This document shows, piece by piece, positions 49,049-59,153 of a stretch of 64,000 bases of DNA. The stretch comes from an uncultured virus (IMG/VR IMGVR_UViG_3300010346_002895). Lineage: Duplodnaviria > Heunggongvirae > Uroviricota > Caudoviricetes. The position numbers and the translations under genes were made by a program. The notes below the pieces were generated by a model. It did no database searches. It saw only the letters and a list, made by a program, of their open reading frames with translations, and was not told where the DNA came from. The DNA lies in IMG/VR virus record IMGVR_UViG_3300010346_002895. One strand, 5' to 3'. Every line of letters starts with the position of its first letter. Position 1 is the first letter of the stretch.

Positions 49049-50536
49049 ATGCCGGAACTCGACGTCAGCCGTCTAGTCAATTTCTCGAAGCAGATCGACT
49101 ACACCAGTCTGGACTGGCTTTCGTTTCTATCCGACATGGTGGATAAGATTCCGCAGCTCACGCCGGAATGGACGGACTACTCCGCGTCCGATCAGGGCAT
49201 GGTCATCCTTGAACTTGTTTCTTTTGTACTGGACGCTCTTTCATACCGGTGCGACGTGATCGCAAACGAGGCCTACATCCAGACCGCCGTCCTGCGGAAA
49301 TCCGTCCTGAACCTTGCGAAGATGATTGATTACACCCCGGCGCCCGCTGTTTCGGCGGTGACCGATCTTGTGTTCACGATAACGCAGCAGCCGATTGATT
49401 TTGTGATTCCGGCGGGCACACAGGTTTCCACCCAGCCGACCGGCGTCGAGGAAAGTTATGTGTTCGAGACGATGGACGACCTCACTATTCCGGCTGGACA
49501 GACAACCGGCACGGTCGCCGCAATCGAGGGGGAAACAAAAAAGGAAATCCTCGGAAGCAGCACGGGACTCCCCGCGCAGTTCTTTGAATTGAGTTTCAAA
49601 CCTCTTTCTTATGCGCCGGACGCCACATGCTCGCTTGAAGTCTATGTGACTGAAAACGGCATCGAGGAACGATGGACGCTCGTGCCGTCGCTTCTCGACA
49701 GCAAACCGTTTGAAAAACACTGTGAAATCGAGATTGATGAAAACGACATCGTGACTGTGAACTTCGGAGACAATCAGAACGGCAAAATCCCCGCGCCGGG
49801 CATGAACAACGTCCGCGCCGTTTACCGTGTCGGCGGCGGCGCGCACGGCAATGTAGGCGCGAACAAGATCAACCGGATGGTTTCAAATATCTCTGAAGTG
49901 TCGTCTGTGACGAATCCGGCTCAGGCAATGGGCGGCGTGGACCGCGAGACGGTTGAGAGTATCAAGCGCATGGCTCCGAGAATGCTGCGAACGCTCTGGC
50001 GCGCCGTGACCGCCGAGGATTACAAAACACTCGCCGAAGTCCTACCGGGAGTTGCTAAAGCCACGGTTCTGTGCGCCCCGCCCGGGCAAGCGGCGTACTG
50101 GGGACAGGTGAATCTTTACATCGCCCCCGAAGGCGGCGGACTTCCGACAGAGGAACTCAAAAAGATGGTTGAGGAATATTTCGCCGACCGCGAAATGCTG
50201 ACGGCGACGACTGTCGTGTTCGATCCAGTGTATGTTCCGGTGAATGTCTCTCTCGAAGTCGCCGTGAAAGAGAACTACATGCGGCTCGATATCGAGAACG
50301 CCGTTCGTAAAGCCGTGCAGGACTTCTTCAATTTCCCGAACGTGGACTTCGGGCAGTGTGTGTTTATGAGCGATCTCGTCGCCGCCGTGGATGCTATCGA
50401 GGGTGTGCGGTATGTGAATCTGTCGGTTCTTTCACGCGACGTGACCGGCGTCGGGAACGTCATTATCTCCGCGAATGAAATCCCGCAGCTCGGAGCGCTT
50501 TCAATTGACACTTTTGGGGGCATAGAAGAATCGTAA
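49049..50536 (+). CDS. Baseplate J/gp47-like protein
   Basis: IDYTSLD..PEWTD..FGDN.NGKIP..YRVGGG..RAVTAEDY. Confidence 0.9.
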   Translation: MPELDVSRLVNFSKQIDYTSLDWLSFLSDMVDKIPQLTPEWTDYSASDQGMVILELVSFVLDALSYRCDVIANEAYIQTAVLRKSVLNLAKMIDYTPAPAVSAVTDLVFTITQQPIDFVIPAGTQVSTQPTGVEESYVFETMDDLTIPAGQTTGTVAAIEGETKKEILGSSTGLPAQFFELSFKPLSYAPDATCSLEVYVTENGIEERWTLVPSLLDSKPFEKHCEIEIDENDIVTVNFGDNQNGKIPAPGMNNVRAVYRVGGGAHGNVGANKINRMVSNISEVSSVTNPAQAMGGVDRETVESIKRMAPRMLRTLWRAVTAEDYKTLAEVLPGVAKATVLCAPPGQAAYWGQVNLYIAPEGGGLPTEELKKMVEEYFADREMLTATTVVFDPVYVPVNVSLEVAVKENYMRLDIENAVRKAVQDFFNFPNVDFGQCVFMSDLVAAVDAIEGVRYVNLSVLSRDVTGVGNVIISANEIPQLGALSIDTFGGIEES

Positions 50537-50542
50537 ACAGGT

Positions 50543-50653
50543 AAAAACGAGTCCGGCAGTATTGAAACTTCGAGCCCGGTAACCAGCCCGGCCGCATCGA
50601 GGTCAAGCCCGGTGGTCACGCGAGAAATCGTGGATTGCCGGGCTTTTTATTTT
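50543..50653 (+). ncRNA. Structured cis-regulatory element with terminator, copy 2
   Basis: Four AGYCCGG repeats, ACTTCGA/TCGAGGT stem, hairpin with GAAA loop, T tract. Confidence 0.7.
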
Positions 50654-50680
50654 GCCCACTTTTACCGGAGGTGACACTCA

Positions 50681-50833
50681 ATGGACGACATCGGATGGGG
50701 TCTTGACCCGTGGGGAATGGAAGCGTGGGGCTCACCGCTCCAGGACTTCCCCGGTCTCGAGGAAATCGAAATTGAAAAAGTCGACGGGGTCGTTGAAAGC
50801 CCAGGGATTTTCTTTTTTGAAATTAGCGACTGA
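50681..50833 (+). CDS. 50-aa acidic WG-repeat protein (absent from ORF track)
   Basis: GGAGGTGA RBS; MDDIGWGLDPWGMEAWGSPLQDF... Confidence 0.65.
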   Translation: MDDIGWGLDPWGMEAWGSPLQDFPGLEEIEIEKVDGVVESPGIFFFEISD

Positions 50834-50859
50834 AAAACAACCACAAGGAGGCTGATTTT

Positions 50860-53517
50860 ATGGCATTCACATTCACAGATTTGCTTCACCTGGCCATGCC
50901 CGCGAGGGGCGACAAGAACTGGGACGCGGACGTAAACCGCGCTCTTCGCACCATCGACAATGCGCTCGGAGACCTCGGCGCGAGGCCGCGCCATTTCGAC
51001 AAGCGCGTGGTGAATCCCGGCGCGGTCTCGGCCACCGGCAGGGACGTTTCCGTCACCGGCGTGGAAGCCGTCGTGGGACAGGCGAAGACGGCCCTGGACG
51101 GCGGCGCGGCGACCGTTCCGGCCAACACGACCCGGAAACCGCGAATGGACTCCCTGTCCATCGATCCCGCCGCGCCGAGCACGCTGGTTCTCACCCAGGG
51201 CGATCCCGCGGAAATACTCGACGTGTTCCGCGTGGAAAAGTTGTTCGACAAGAACAACACGAACCTCGGCGATTTAATTCCCGATGGGGGCGTCGCGCCG
51301 ATTATCGGGCTGTTCGAGGACCCGGTCAACGACAGGCTGGTAGCCATGATCATGCGCATGAACAGGTTCGACCAGCCGCCCGATCCGCCGATCCTGTGCG
51401 AGTTCGATCCCGAAACCGGGCTATTCACCAATCTGAACGTCACGTTCCGGGTGTCATCGGCGTTCCAGCAGGACGTCGGCTCATTGAACTTCGTGTTGCC
51501 TCTCGGCTGCATCGCGCCGGACGCGGCGGGCACGGACGTGAGCTACTTCTTTCTTTCCCTGCTCGGAATCGACGACAGCCCCATGGGCGTGAGCCTGTGC
51601 GAGTTCGATTCCACCGGGCTTCTCGTCAGGATGTACGGCCTCGCCAACGCGGACGGAAATTATTTCCCCGCGCTTCCTTTCAACATGCGGTACACGGGCC
51701 GTGGAGCGTCGGATGAAAGGTTGTTCGAGTCTCACCTGTGGCCGCTCTCCGTGAAAATGCCCATGGCGAAACCCTTCATGGCGGACCTCAAAATCCCGTC
51801 GCCCGCAGCCAACATAAAAATGCTCGGGCAGGACATCATTTTCGGTTCCGTGAGCGCGAAGGCCGTGGAGATGGAACTCGATTCCATCCAGTGCCTCGAC
51901 GCGCGCGGCGACCGGCTTCTCATGCCCGGCGGCGGCCTTTCGGAGTCCGGCATTCTTGTCGGCGGCACGTTCGACTGGAACGGACAGATTCATTCCCTCG
52001 TAAAGGGCGGTGACCGGAACAGCGCCCCATGGAACAGCGTCCAGGGCGAAATGGACAACAAGAATAATTTCAATCCGTTCCTGCTTTTCCCGGAGATTCT
52101 GAAAAACACATATCTCTGGGACATGAACACCGCGCCGGTCGCGCCATCTTTCTCTTCGCCGGTGACACCGGCAAACACCGTGCAGTTCGCCATGTCCGGC
52201 CCGGTCAACAACAGCCGCGTCTATTTCAACAACGTCCAGATCAACAGCGCCCGGCTCATCATCAACAGCGGCACCATGAGCGGCTACAAAAAGCCGCCTG
52301 TCGGCAAATCCATCGTGGTTCATATAAAGACCCGCGACGGACTGGACTGCTGGTGGGAAAACGCGGTCGAGGATTTCGGAAGCAACGAGGTCGGCGTCAC
52401 GCTGGACAACGCGCACGTGTTCAGAGGCGCGCCGCCGTCGGATTATAACCAGCTTAACTGGAATACCGATGGACGGGTAATCCGCATCGGCGTCCGGACA
52501 AACAACGGAAACGACTACGAGGAGCGCGCGTGCAATCTCACAGGCGTCAACGACAACGACATCGGAAAACCCGTCCGGTGCGTGTATGACGACGGCTCGC
52601 AACACTTCGAGTTCATTTCCTACATCTGCGCCGCAGGAGAAAAGAGAAAGATTTACGCGGGCACGGATAATCTCGGCGACGACTGGCTCGGGCCGATTTA
52701 CCGCGAAGCGAACCGGGGCGACATCCATATCGGCTGGAACGTGCTCGATTCAAACAACGCGGAATCCTGGCCGAAGAGTTCCATACTGACGCCCCTCGTC
52801 CGGCAGCAGGACACGGATTTTATCACACTCTCTCAGTGGAACCACAATCCGTCGCCCACAAGGGATGTCACGTACACCAAGGGCGGCGCGACGGGCACAT
52901 GGCTCGATCCGAACGCCGGAACAAACGGCGAGACGTACCGGCTGGATGACACAACGCTCGTTTCGTCTTCCGGCCTTCCCCAGAAGTCCGGCGGAGGCAC
53001 GGATTACGGCTCGCTCGATCCGAACTGCTTCTCCTGCGACCTTGGGCATGACGAACCCATGCTCACCGTCGATGTGCTCACCGATCCGTCCAATCTCACC
53101 GTGGAACTTATTCCATATATTCCGCCGCTCGTGGAAAAAACGCGGCTGGATATTCCTTCGATCATCGGCATTTCCGCGGGCGTCGCGCGGCACAACGGCG
53201 GGCATTACGCATTCGGCCTGACGTTCGCCGGGTTCCCCGCGGGCGTCGTCATGGAATTCTCCCCGTTCGCAGAACCGGTCGCGCCGGATACTCCCGCGAA
53301 TCAGATCAAGGTCGGCGAGGTGCTTGTTCCGCCGGACGAGGAGTCGCCGGACATCCTTCCCGAAAACGTCCGCGTCGAGCCGGATTACTCGGATGCGACC
53401 GTGTCCCGCGCGGACCAGTTCGTGTCGTTTCTCATCGCGTCATACCTGAACAACGATTTCAGGAATATCACGAATATCGCCATGAACTTCCTGCCGATTC
53501 TCGCAAACATGAAATGA
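50860..53517 (+). CDS. Tail fibre / receptor-binding-like structural protein
   Basis: 'LAMPARGDKNWDADVNRALRTIDNAL' N-terminus; position. Confidence 0.6.
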   Translation: MAFTFTDLLHLAMPARGDKNWDADVNRALRTIDNALGDLGARPRHFDKRVVNPGAVSATGRDVSVTGVEAVVGQAKTALDGGAATVPANTTRKPRMDSLSIDPAAPSTLVLTQGDPAEILDVFRVEKLFDKNNTNLGDLIPDGGVAPIIGLFEDPVNDRLVAMIMRMNRFDQPPDPPILCEFDPETGLFTNLNVTFRVSSAFQQDVGSLNFVLPLGCIAPDAAGTDVSYFFLSLLGIDDSPMGVSLCEFDSTGLLVRMYGLANADGNYFPALPFNMRYTGRGASDERLFESHLWPLSVKMPMAKPFMADLKIPSPAANIKMLGQDIIFGSVSAKAVEMELDSIQCLDARGDRLLMPGGGLSESGILVGGTFDWNGQIHSLVKGGDRNSAPWNSVQGEMDNKNNFNPFLLFPEILKNTYLWDMNTAPVAPSFSSPVTPANTVQFAMSGPVNNSRVYFNNVQINSARLIINSGTMSGYKKPPVGKSIVVHIKTRDGLDCWWENAVEDFGSNEVGVTLDNAHVFRGAPPSDYNQLNWNTDGRVIRIGVRTNNGNDYEERACNLTGVNDNDIGKPVRCVYDDGSQHFEFISYICAAGEKRKIYAGTDNLGDDWLGPIYREANRGDIHIGWNVLDSNNAESWPKSSILTPLVRQQDTDFITLSQWNHNPSPTRDVTYTKGGATGTWLDPNAGTNGETYRLDDTTLVSSSGLPQKSGGGTDYGSLDPNCFSCDLGHDEPMLTVDVLTDPSNLTVELIPYIPPLVEKTRLDIPSIIGISAGVARHNGGHYAFGLTFAGFPAGVVMEFSPFAEPVAPDTPANQIKVGEVLVPPDEESPDILPENVRVEPDYSDATVSRADQFVSFLIASYLNNDFRNITNIAMNFLPILANMK

Positions 53518-53527
53518 GGACACCGCG

Positions 53528-54583
53528 TTGAAGGCTGAACTCGACAGGGAAAACCATGTTGTTCTGTCCTGGACAAACCCGTCCGGGGCGGCGCGTTCCG
53601 TTCTCGTCCGAAAGACGCGGGATTATCCCCGCAACGTCCAGGACGGGATTGTTGTTATCGATGCCGCCCCGGCGGTGGAGTCCTGCGCGGACGCATCTCC
53701 GGCGAACGGGCATTTCAACTATTACCGCGTGTTCTTTCAGGATGCTGCCGGCGCGTGGATGGATGTTCCTGTGGAAGACGACCGCACGCGCATCCGGTGT
53801 GAGGCGTCATTCGATTACCACGGCAAACTGTACGGCAATCTCCCCGAACTCTACGAGCGGAACGACGAGAATGACGAACTGCGCCGGTTCCTCGGCATCA
53901 TCGCTTGGGAACTGGAGAAGTTCCGGGCGGGTCAGTCCGGACTGAATGACATCTCGAACGTGAATGAAGTCCGCGACGACCTGCTCGAGCATCTCGCATG
54001 GAACGTAGGCTGGCTTCTGAACCGCGAGTTGCCGGTGCTGCGCCAGCGGGCCGAGATCAAACGCGCCGTCGCCATCTACCGAAAGAAAGGCACGCGCCGT
54101 GGGCTGATCGATCTCATTCAGGGGATCATGAACTGGGACATGGAGGTCATAAAGTTCAATCGCAACATCCTGATGACCGGTCACCCCGACAGCACGACGC
54201 TCAGGGTGAGCGATCCGAACGTCACGATGAACATGGATACTGCGGCGGATACGGCGGACTACATTCTCGGGGGCGATAAATCCCCGGACAGAATCCGTAT
54301 CAAGATCAAGGCGACCTACGACTTCCACATGTTCGAGAAGGTCCGGAACAAGCTTTTCCGCATCCTTCGTTTCTGGGTGCCCGCGTGCATGGCGGTCATT
54401 CTGGAGCTTGCCACCTACAACGAGGAATCCGGATGCATCGAGGACTGGCGACCGCCGCAGGCGGACCTTCTATCGAACAACTGGCTTCTCACGAACGCAT
54501 ACACGGGAAGTGAATGGCAAATACTCTCTGAAAGGACAACCAACAATCTCTTATGGCGAACAATGTCACTTACATCCCTTTGA
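53528..54583 (+). CDS. Baseplate wedge protein (P2 gpI-like) with FN3-like N-terminus
   Basis: LSWTNP..; LPELY..LRRFL..LEHLAWNVGW..YRKKGT. Confidence 0.8.
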   Translation: MKAELDRENHVVLSWTNPSGAARSVLVRKTRDYPRNVQDGIVVIDAAPAVESCADASPANGHFNYYRVFFQDAAGAWMDVPVEDDRTRIRCEASFDYHGKLYGNLPELYERNDENDELRRFLGIIAWELEKFRAGQSGLNDISNVNEVRDDLLEHLAWNVGWLLNRELPVLRQRAEIKRAVAIYRKKGTRRGLIDLIQGIMNWDMEVIKFNRNILMTGHPDSTTLRVSDPNVTMNMDTAADTADYILGGDKSPDRIRIKIKATYDFHMFEKVRNKLFRILRFWVPACMAVILELATYNEESGCIEDWRPPQADLLSNNWLLTNAYTGSEWQILSERTTNNLLWRTMSLTSL

Positions 54584-55077
54584 AAACGGCATTCACGATT
54601 GAAGGCCGATTCATCGACATCGCGCATTACCTCGATGGCCGCTCGGAAGTCATCCGTGAGGGACACAACATCGTCACGGATACGGGACTCGGCCTCGTCG
54701 TAGGCGCTCTCGGCAATCTGACGAACGGAATCACTCACTGGGAGGTAGGAAGCGGCGATCCGGCATGGGATACCAACCCGGTTGAGGCGCAGCCCGATGT
54801 CGCCGATCTCATTGATCCTGTTTTCATAAAGCCGGTCACGGTCTCCTACTGGGACGCTGCGAACAATCGCTTCTCGCCGACGCCGACCGACACGATTGAC
54901 GTGCGGGTCGTATTCATGGCCGAGGAGGCGAACGCGCCGCTGCGGGAGTTCGGGCTTGTCGGTCCCGATCCGGAGAACGTCCTCTTCAATTACGTGATCC
55001 ACGAGCGCATTTCAAAGTCCGAGAACTTCAATCTCGAGCGCATCATGCGGATCACCGTGCGGCGCACACAGCAATGA
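54553..55077 (+). CDS. Tail collar/fibre-associated protein
   Basis: HNIVTDTG..VGSG..EANAPLREFGL. Confidence 0.7.
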   Translation: MANNVTYIPLKTAFTIEGRFIDIAHYLDGRSEVIREGHNIVTDTGLGLVVGALGNLTNGITHWEVGSGDPAWDTNPVEAQPDVADLIDPVFIKPVTVSYWDAANNRFSPTPTDTIDVRVVFMAEEANAPLREFGLVGPDPENVLFNYVIHERISKSENFNLERIMRITVRRTQQ

Positions 55078-55619
55078 AAGGAGTGAACGCTTTGAATAAA
55101 AGAAAAATCCGTCATCTCATCGTCCACCATTCCGTGAGTTCGTGGGGCGACGGCTCCGTAATCACGGAATGGCATATGGCTCCGAAACCGAAAGGTAACG
55201 GCTGGAAGGCCCCGGGCTATCACGCCGTTGTTTGCAACGGCTACCCCAACTACAGCGCATGGAACAAACGAAAACCCATTCCCGCCGCGGACGGGCGCGT
55301 CGACCGGATATGGCAGGAGGACAAATCATCGAACGGCTGCAAATACGCGAACGCGGACGCGCTCCATGTCTGTCTCATCGGCGATTTCGACAAGGATACG
55401 CCGACAGAGCACCAGATGGAAAAGCTCACCGACCTTCTGGCGTTCTGGTGCAGAAAGTACGGTCTCGATCCGCGCACGGCCATCTTCGGCCACGGCGAGA
55501 TGCAACGGCGCATCGGCAAGGAAGGCTACAGCAAAACCTGCCCAGGCAAAAACGTGAGCATGAATGCCGTGCGCTCCGCCGTCGCAGAGGAACTCGCGCC
55601 GCAGGAGGTGAAGAAATGA
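55074..55619 (+). CDS. N-acetylmuramoyl-L-alanine amidase (Amidase_2)
   Basis: LIVHHS, GYH, CLIGDFD, GHGE, KTCPG. Confidence 0.9.
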   Translation: MKGVNALNKRKIRHLIVHHSVSSWGDGSVITEWHMAPKPKGNGWKAPGYHAVVCNGYPNYSAWNKRKPIPAADGRVDRIWQEDKSSNGCKYANADALHVCLIGDFDKDTPTEHQMEKLTDLLAFWCRKYGLDPRTAIFGHGEMQRRIGKEGYSKTCPGKNVSMNAVRSAVAEELAPQEVKK

Positions 55620-58600
55620 CCGTATCCCGCGATCAGTTTGACGAAACGAAAAACTGGACGGAGCCGCAATGGCAGGAAGGCGTCCCCGTTATGGATGCCG
55701 ATCTGAACCTCGCCATGAAGATCGGCAAAACAGGTCTGCGCCGGGCGGTGTGTGATTTTCTGGGGAACGGTTCGGCGAACGATGGCTTCAAACTCTCCGG
55801 TCTGACGACCAACCCGACAATCCACGCCGGAGACATCTGGGTGGCGGGCCTCAAAATCGAACTGCCCGAAGACATGCAGGCGTCCGCGCAGCCAAACGCG
55901 CCGGTTACGTTTCCATCCGGCAACGGAATCTGGTACCTCGACATCGTCGAGCGGTTGCTCACAAACGCTGACGACCCGGCGATCCGGGACTACCGGCTCC
56001 CCGCGAACGTGGAAACGCCGATCAAGGTGTGGAAAACGGACTGGACTCTCCGGAAAGTCCTCGGCGCGTCGCTTCCGACACCAGAACCCGATCATTACCA
56101 TCTCGGCATCGCGCTCGAGGCGGGCGACGTCCTCACGGACATCCGCAACACGGGGATGATTCTCGCCGGAGCGGACACGGGATACCAGAACCGCACGGGC
56201 GGCAGGCCCGGAAGCGGTCACCGCCACCGCGACGAGGACGTGGATGTCTCGAACCCGAACTATACCGGAGACACCCTCGAGGAAGTTCTGAATGAAATCG
56301 ACTCCCGAATCGAGACCGTTGAAGGGGATGTCGGCGTGGTCGCGCACCATGCGGCGACGCACGGCGCAGGCGGTTCGGACCCGGTGAACATTGCAAACCT
56401 GCCCGGGCAATGCACACAACCGCAGGTTTCCCCGGCGCATTCCGGGCTGCACACCGCGCCGTTCAACGGCGGACTGCCTATTTCGCCGGACGTAAATGGC
56501 AACGCCTCTCTCGGCGCGCATCTCACGGACGCATCCATTCACCGCAGAAACCACAACGACCTTCTTTCCATGCAGGGCGGCACGGCAACGGAGCGGTATC
56601 ATCTCGCCCTCGATCTCTACAACGCCGCAACCGGCGCGGCGGGCGCGAATGCCGCCAACCCGTTCGCCACAGTCGGCGACCTCTCCGGTGTTGCGGCCAA
56701 GTTCGCGGGACCCGTACAGACCGTCCAAGAATTGCGCAACGTCGCCCCCGCCGACCGCTCGGACAAACAGGTCCGGCTCGTCGAGGACAAAGGTTCTCTG
56801 TACCGCTTTGACGAGACCGGCACGGGAACGGACGACGGCGACGGCATCATCGCCCCGTCTTCCGGCTCCGGGCGCTGGTTCAAGATGTCCTCTGCGGTTC
56901 CCGACCTCTCGACAGTGCTCGCAAAAGGAAACAGCGCGGGCAACAAGCGCATTACCGGGCTTCTTAATCCGCAGGCTGGCGCCGACGCGGCGACCATGGA
57001 CTGGGTGCTCGGCAAAATCGGCGCTGGCGGCGGCACGGCTCAGGCCGCATGGATCGTCATGGACCCGACCGGCGCGCCGGGCACCTATTCGGATTTGCAG
57101 CAGGCAATCAATGCGCTCGGCAGCAGCGGCGGCATCGTCTGGGTCAAGCCGGGTACATACACACTTAGTTCACACGTCACAATGAAGCACAACACCATCC
57201 TCTACGGGCTCGGCTCGATGGAGGAAGGCATCCCGGATGTCATGCCGACGTTCGTTCCCGCTGCCGGATTCACCGACTACTGCATGGTCCAGGCGTCGCC
57301 GGGAAACAAGTTCCTGAACCTCTGGATCAAAGTGCCGATAAACGGCATCGGCATCAGCCCGTACCGCTACTACGGCTCCCGGCTCGACGTGGACGGCTGT
57401 TTCATCGAAAGTGCCACGACGGACTTCGGAACCAACCTCACAGCCCGCACCATCGGCATCGGCGGCGACTGGGGGCTCTGGGGACAGGAGATCATGAACG
57501 GCAAAATCCGCAACTGCGTGTTCCGGCGGCTGCGGCACGGCATCTACTGCGAACTGAATAACAACACGGTCATCGAATACAACCGGTTCCAGGGCGCGGG
57601 CAGTTTCAGGTATGAACTCGATTCGATTATCTATTCGTCGATCAATCAGGGCTGGGACCAGTTCCGCGCAACCACCGCCGCGGTCAACGCCGGGCTGATC
57701 GCCGAAGGATTTTCAGTTGGATTCAACAACGGCACAAACACCGAGTACAAAAAAATCGAGAGCATGGTGTACGACAGCACATACGGATTCTGGCTCTGCA
57801 CCGTGAACGGCACGTTCCAGTACGGTTACTCCGGCGCGGCGGGCCAGAGCTTCTACTGTCAGCCGTCGTCCTCTGGCATAACCGCGGGGGACAACACCTA
57901 CGAGACGTTCATCTGCTTCAATTACTTCGACGGCGGCGGGAACAACTATCTCGACATCAATGCCGTGAGAGACCAGGGCACGGATATCGGGTTGCTGAAC
58001 GCCTACATCATCGGCAATACGTCCAGCACGTGGGCCGTCAGCACCGAAAAGCCGACCATCAAGCTCCAGACCAGCCCGTACTCGTTCTCCGGTGGCGACA
58101 TCCTGTTTATCAACAACACTTTTCCGGGCCGGATATTCATCGACGGGGACGACGACGTGATGTTCATCGCGGCGGGCAACAACATCGGCTCCATCGACGC
58201 TACCGCATATGTGGGCCGAGTGATTTTCTGTAACAACCTGTGCCATGGGGACGCGAAACTCATGAATGCCGCGACGGTCAACGGCAACTACGTTCTGGGC
58301 GCTCTTCAGGTCATCAGCGGCACCACGGAAAAGACGCTGGCAGTCGGCAATTATGTCGAAAACGGCATGACGCTCGCCGGTGATTACAGCGTCGCGGCCA
58401 ATAACGTCATCGAAAATGGCGGGTTGAGCGTGGGCGGCAAGGGATCACGTGCATCGGGGAATTCCGTGCGGGGCACTCTGACGCTCGGCTTCTGGGGTTC
58501 CGCTACCGGCAATGTCATCCGCACGACACAACAGGTGGCCATCAGCGCCATCGTGCCTCGGGCGCAGATCGCGGGAAACGCCTGCATCGATGAGTTCAAC

Positions 58601-59140
58601 ATCCACTCCGACACCGGCAGCCAGAGATTCTACGCGACCGGCACATCCTGCACGTTCTATACGGCTGGCGACGTGGATAACTTTCAGCCCGGTTACTGCG
58701 TCACGTTCCAGAGCAGCAAAGACATCGAGACGAGGATGATCACCGGCGTGTCCGGCAACACCATCTCGTGGGCCGATGCGCTGAATTCCTCTTACGGCGG
58801 GTCATCCAACCAGGCATGGGCGTACACGAATCTGGCGCACATCGACGGTGTGTCCTCTCTCTCGGTTGTCACCGGCAACTTCGTGTGCGGCGACATCAAC
58901 GTCACGGGCGGCGTGAACCTGTCCTGCACATTCGTGGGCTCGTCATGCGTTGTGAACGGCAACCGCGTCCTCGGCATGATGGTCACCACGGCCGCCGCGA
59001 AAAAGAACGCGGTTATTGGAAACATCTTCACGAACTCAAAGGCCGTGCAGCCCGGCTGGCCCAAGGTTTATCCCTTTGTCGGCAATCCCGACAACACAAA
59101 TGAAATCGCGCACAACATCATCAACGGCTCCGTGATCTGA
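55616..59140 (+). CDS. Tailspike/tail fibre with beta-helix (pectin-lyase-like) domain
   Basis: QEGVPVMDADLN N-terminus, H-rich linkers, 'LQQAINAL..GGIVWVKPGTY', GN-rich repeats. Confidence 0.8.
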   Translation: MTVSRDQFDETKNWTEPQWQEGVPVMDADLNLAMKIGKTGLRRAVCDFLGNGSANDGFKLSGLTTNPTIHAGDIWVAGLKIELPEDMQASAQPNAPVTFPSGNGIWYLDIVERLLTNADDPAIRDYRLPANVETPIKVWKTDWTLRKVLGASLPTPEPDHYHLGIALEAGDVLTDIRNTGMILAGADTGYQNRTGGRPGSGHRHRDEDVDVSNPNYTGDTLEEVLNEIDSRIETVEGDVGVVAHHAATHGAGGSDPVNIANLPGQCTQPQVSPAHSGLHTAPFNGGLPISPDVNGNASLGAHLTDASIHRRNHNDLLSMQGGTATERYHLALDLYNAATGAAGANAANPFATVGDLSGVAAKFAGPVQTVQELRNVAPADRSDKQVRLVEDKGSLYRFDETGTGTDDGDGIIAPSSGSGRWFKMSSAVPDLSTVLAKGNSAGNKRITGLLNPQAGADAATMDWVLGKIGAGGGTAQAAWIVMDPTGAPGTYSDLQQAINALGSSGGIVWVKPGTYTLSSHVTMKHNTILYGLGSMEEGIPDVMPTFVPAAGFTDYCMVQASPGNKFLNLWIKVPINGIGISPYRYYGSRLDVDGCFIESATTDFGTNLTARTIGIGGDWGLWGQEIMNGKIRNCVFRRLRHGIYCELNNNTVIEYNRFQGAGSFRYELDSIIYSSINQGWDQFRATTAAVNAGLIAEGFSVGFNNGTNTEYKKIESMVYDSTYGFWLCTVNGTFQYGYSGAAGQSFYCQPSSSGITAGDNTYETFICFNYFDGGGNNYLDINAVRDQGTDIGLLNAYIIGNTSSTWAVSTEKPTIKLQTSPYSFSGGDILFINNTFPGRIFIDGDDDVMFIAAGNNIGSIDATAYVGRVIFCNNLCHGDAKLMNAATVNGNYVLGALQVISGTTEKTLAVGNYVENGMTLAGDYSVAANNVIENGGLSVGGKGSRASGNSVRGTLTLGFWGSATGNVIRTTQQVAISAIVPRAQIAGNACIDEFNIHSDTGSQRFYATGTSCTFYTAGDVDNFQPGYCVTFQSSKDIETRMITGVSGNTISWADALNSSYGGSSNQAWAYTNLAHIDGVSSLSVVTGNFVCGDINVTGGVNLSCTFVGSSCVVNGNRVLGMMVTTAAAKKNAVIGNIFTNSKAVQPGWPKVYPFVGNPDNTNEIAHNIINGSVI

Positions 59141-59153
59141 GCCGGAAGGAGGT

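Noticed and set aside
55232..55615. N-terminal extension of the 1302-aa ORF (similarly 12849, 11043, 12173, 31455, 36370, 48465 starts)
   Set aside because: These overlap bona fide upstream genes or a terminator; downstream ATGs with better RBS or coupling exist
39180..59140. Stand-alone contractile injection system or tailocin
   Set aside because: Terminase, portal, protease, capsid and replication genes are present, so this is a phage tail
55616..59140. Diversity-generating retroelement or shufflon acting on the tail fibre
   Set aside because: No reverse transcriptase, template/variable repeat pair or inverted fibre cassettes seen by eye
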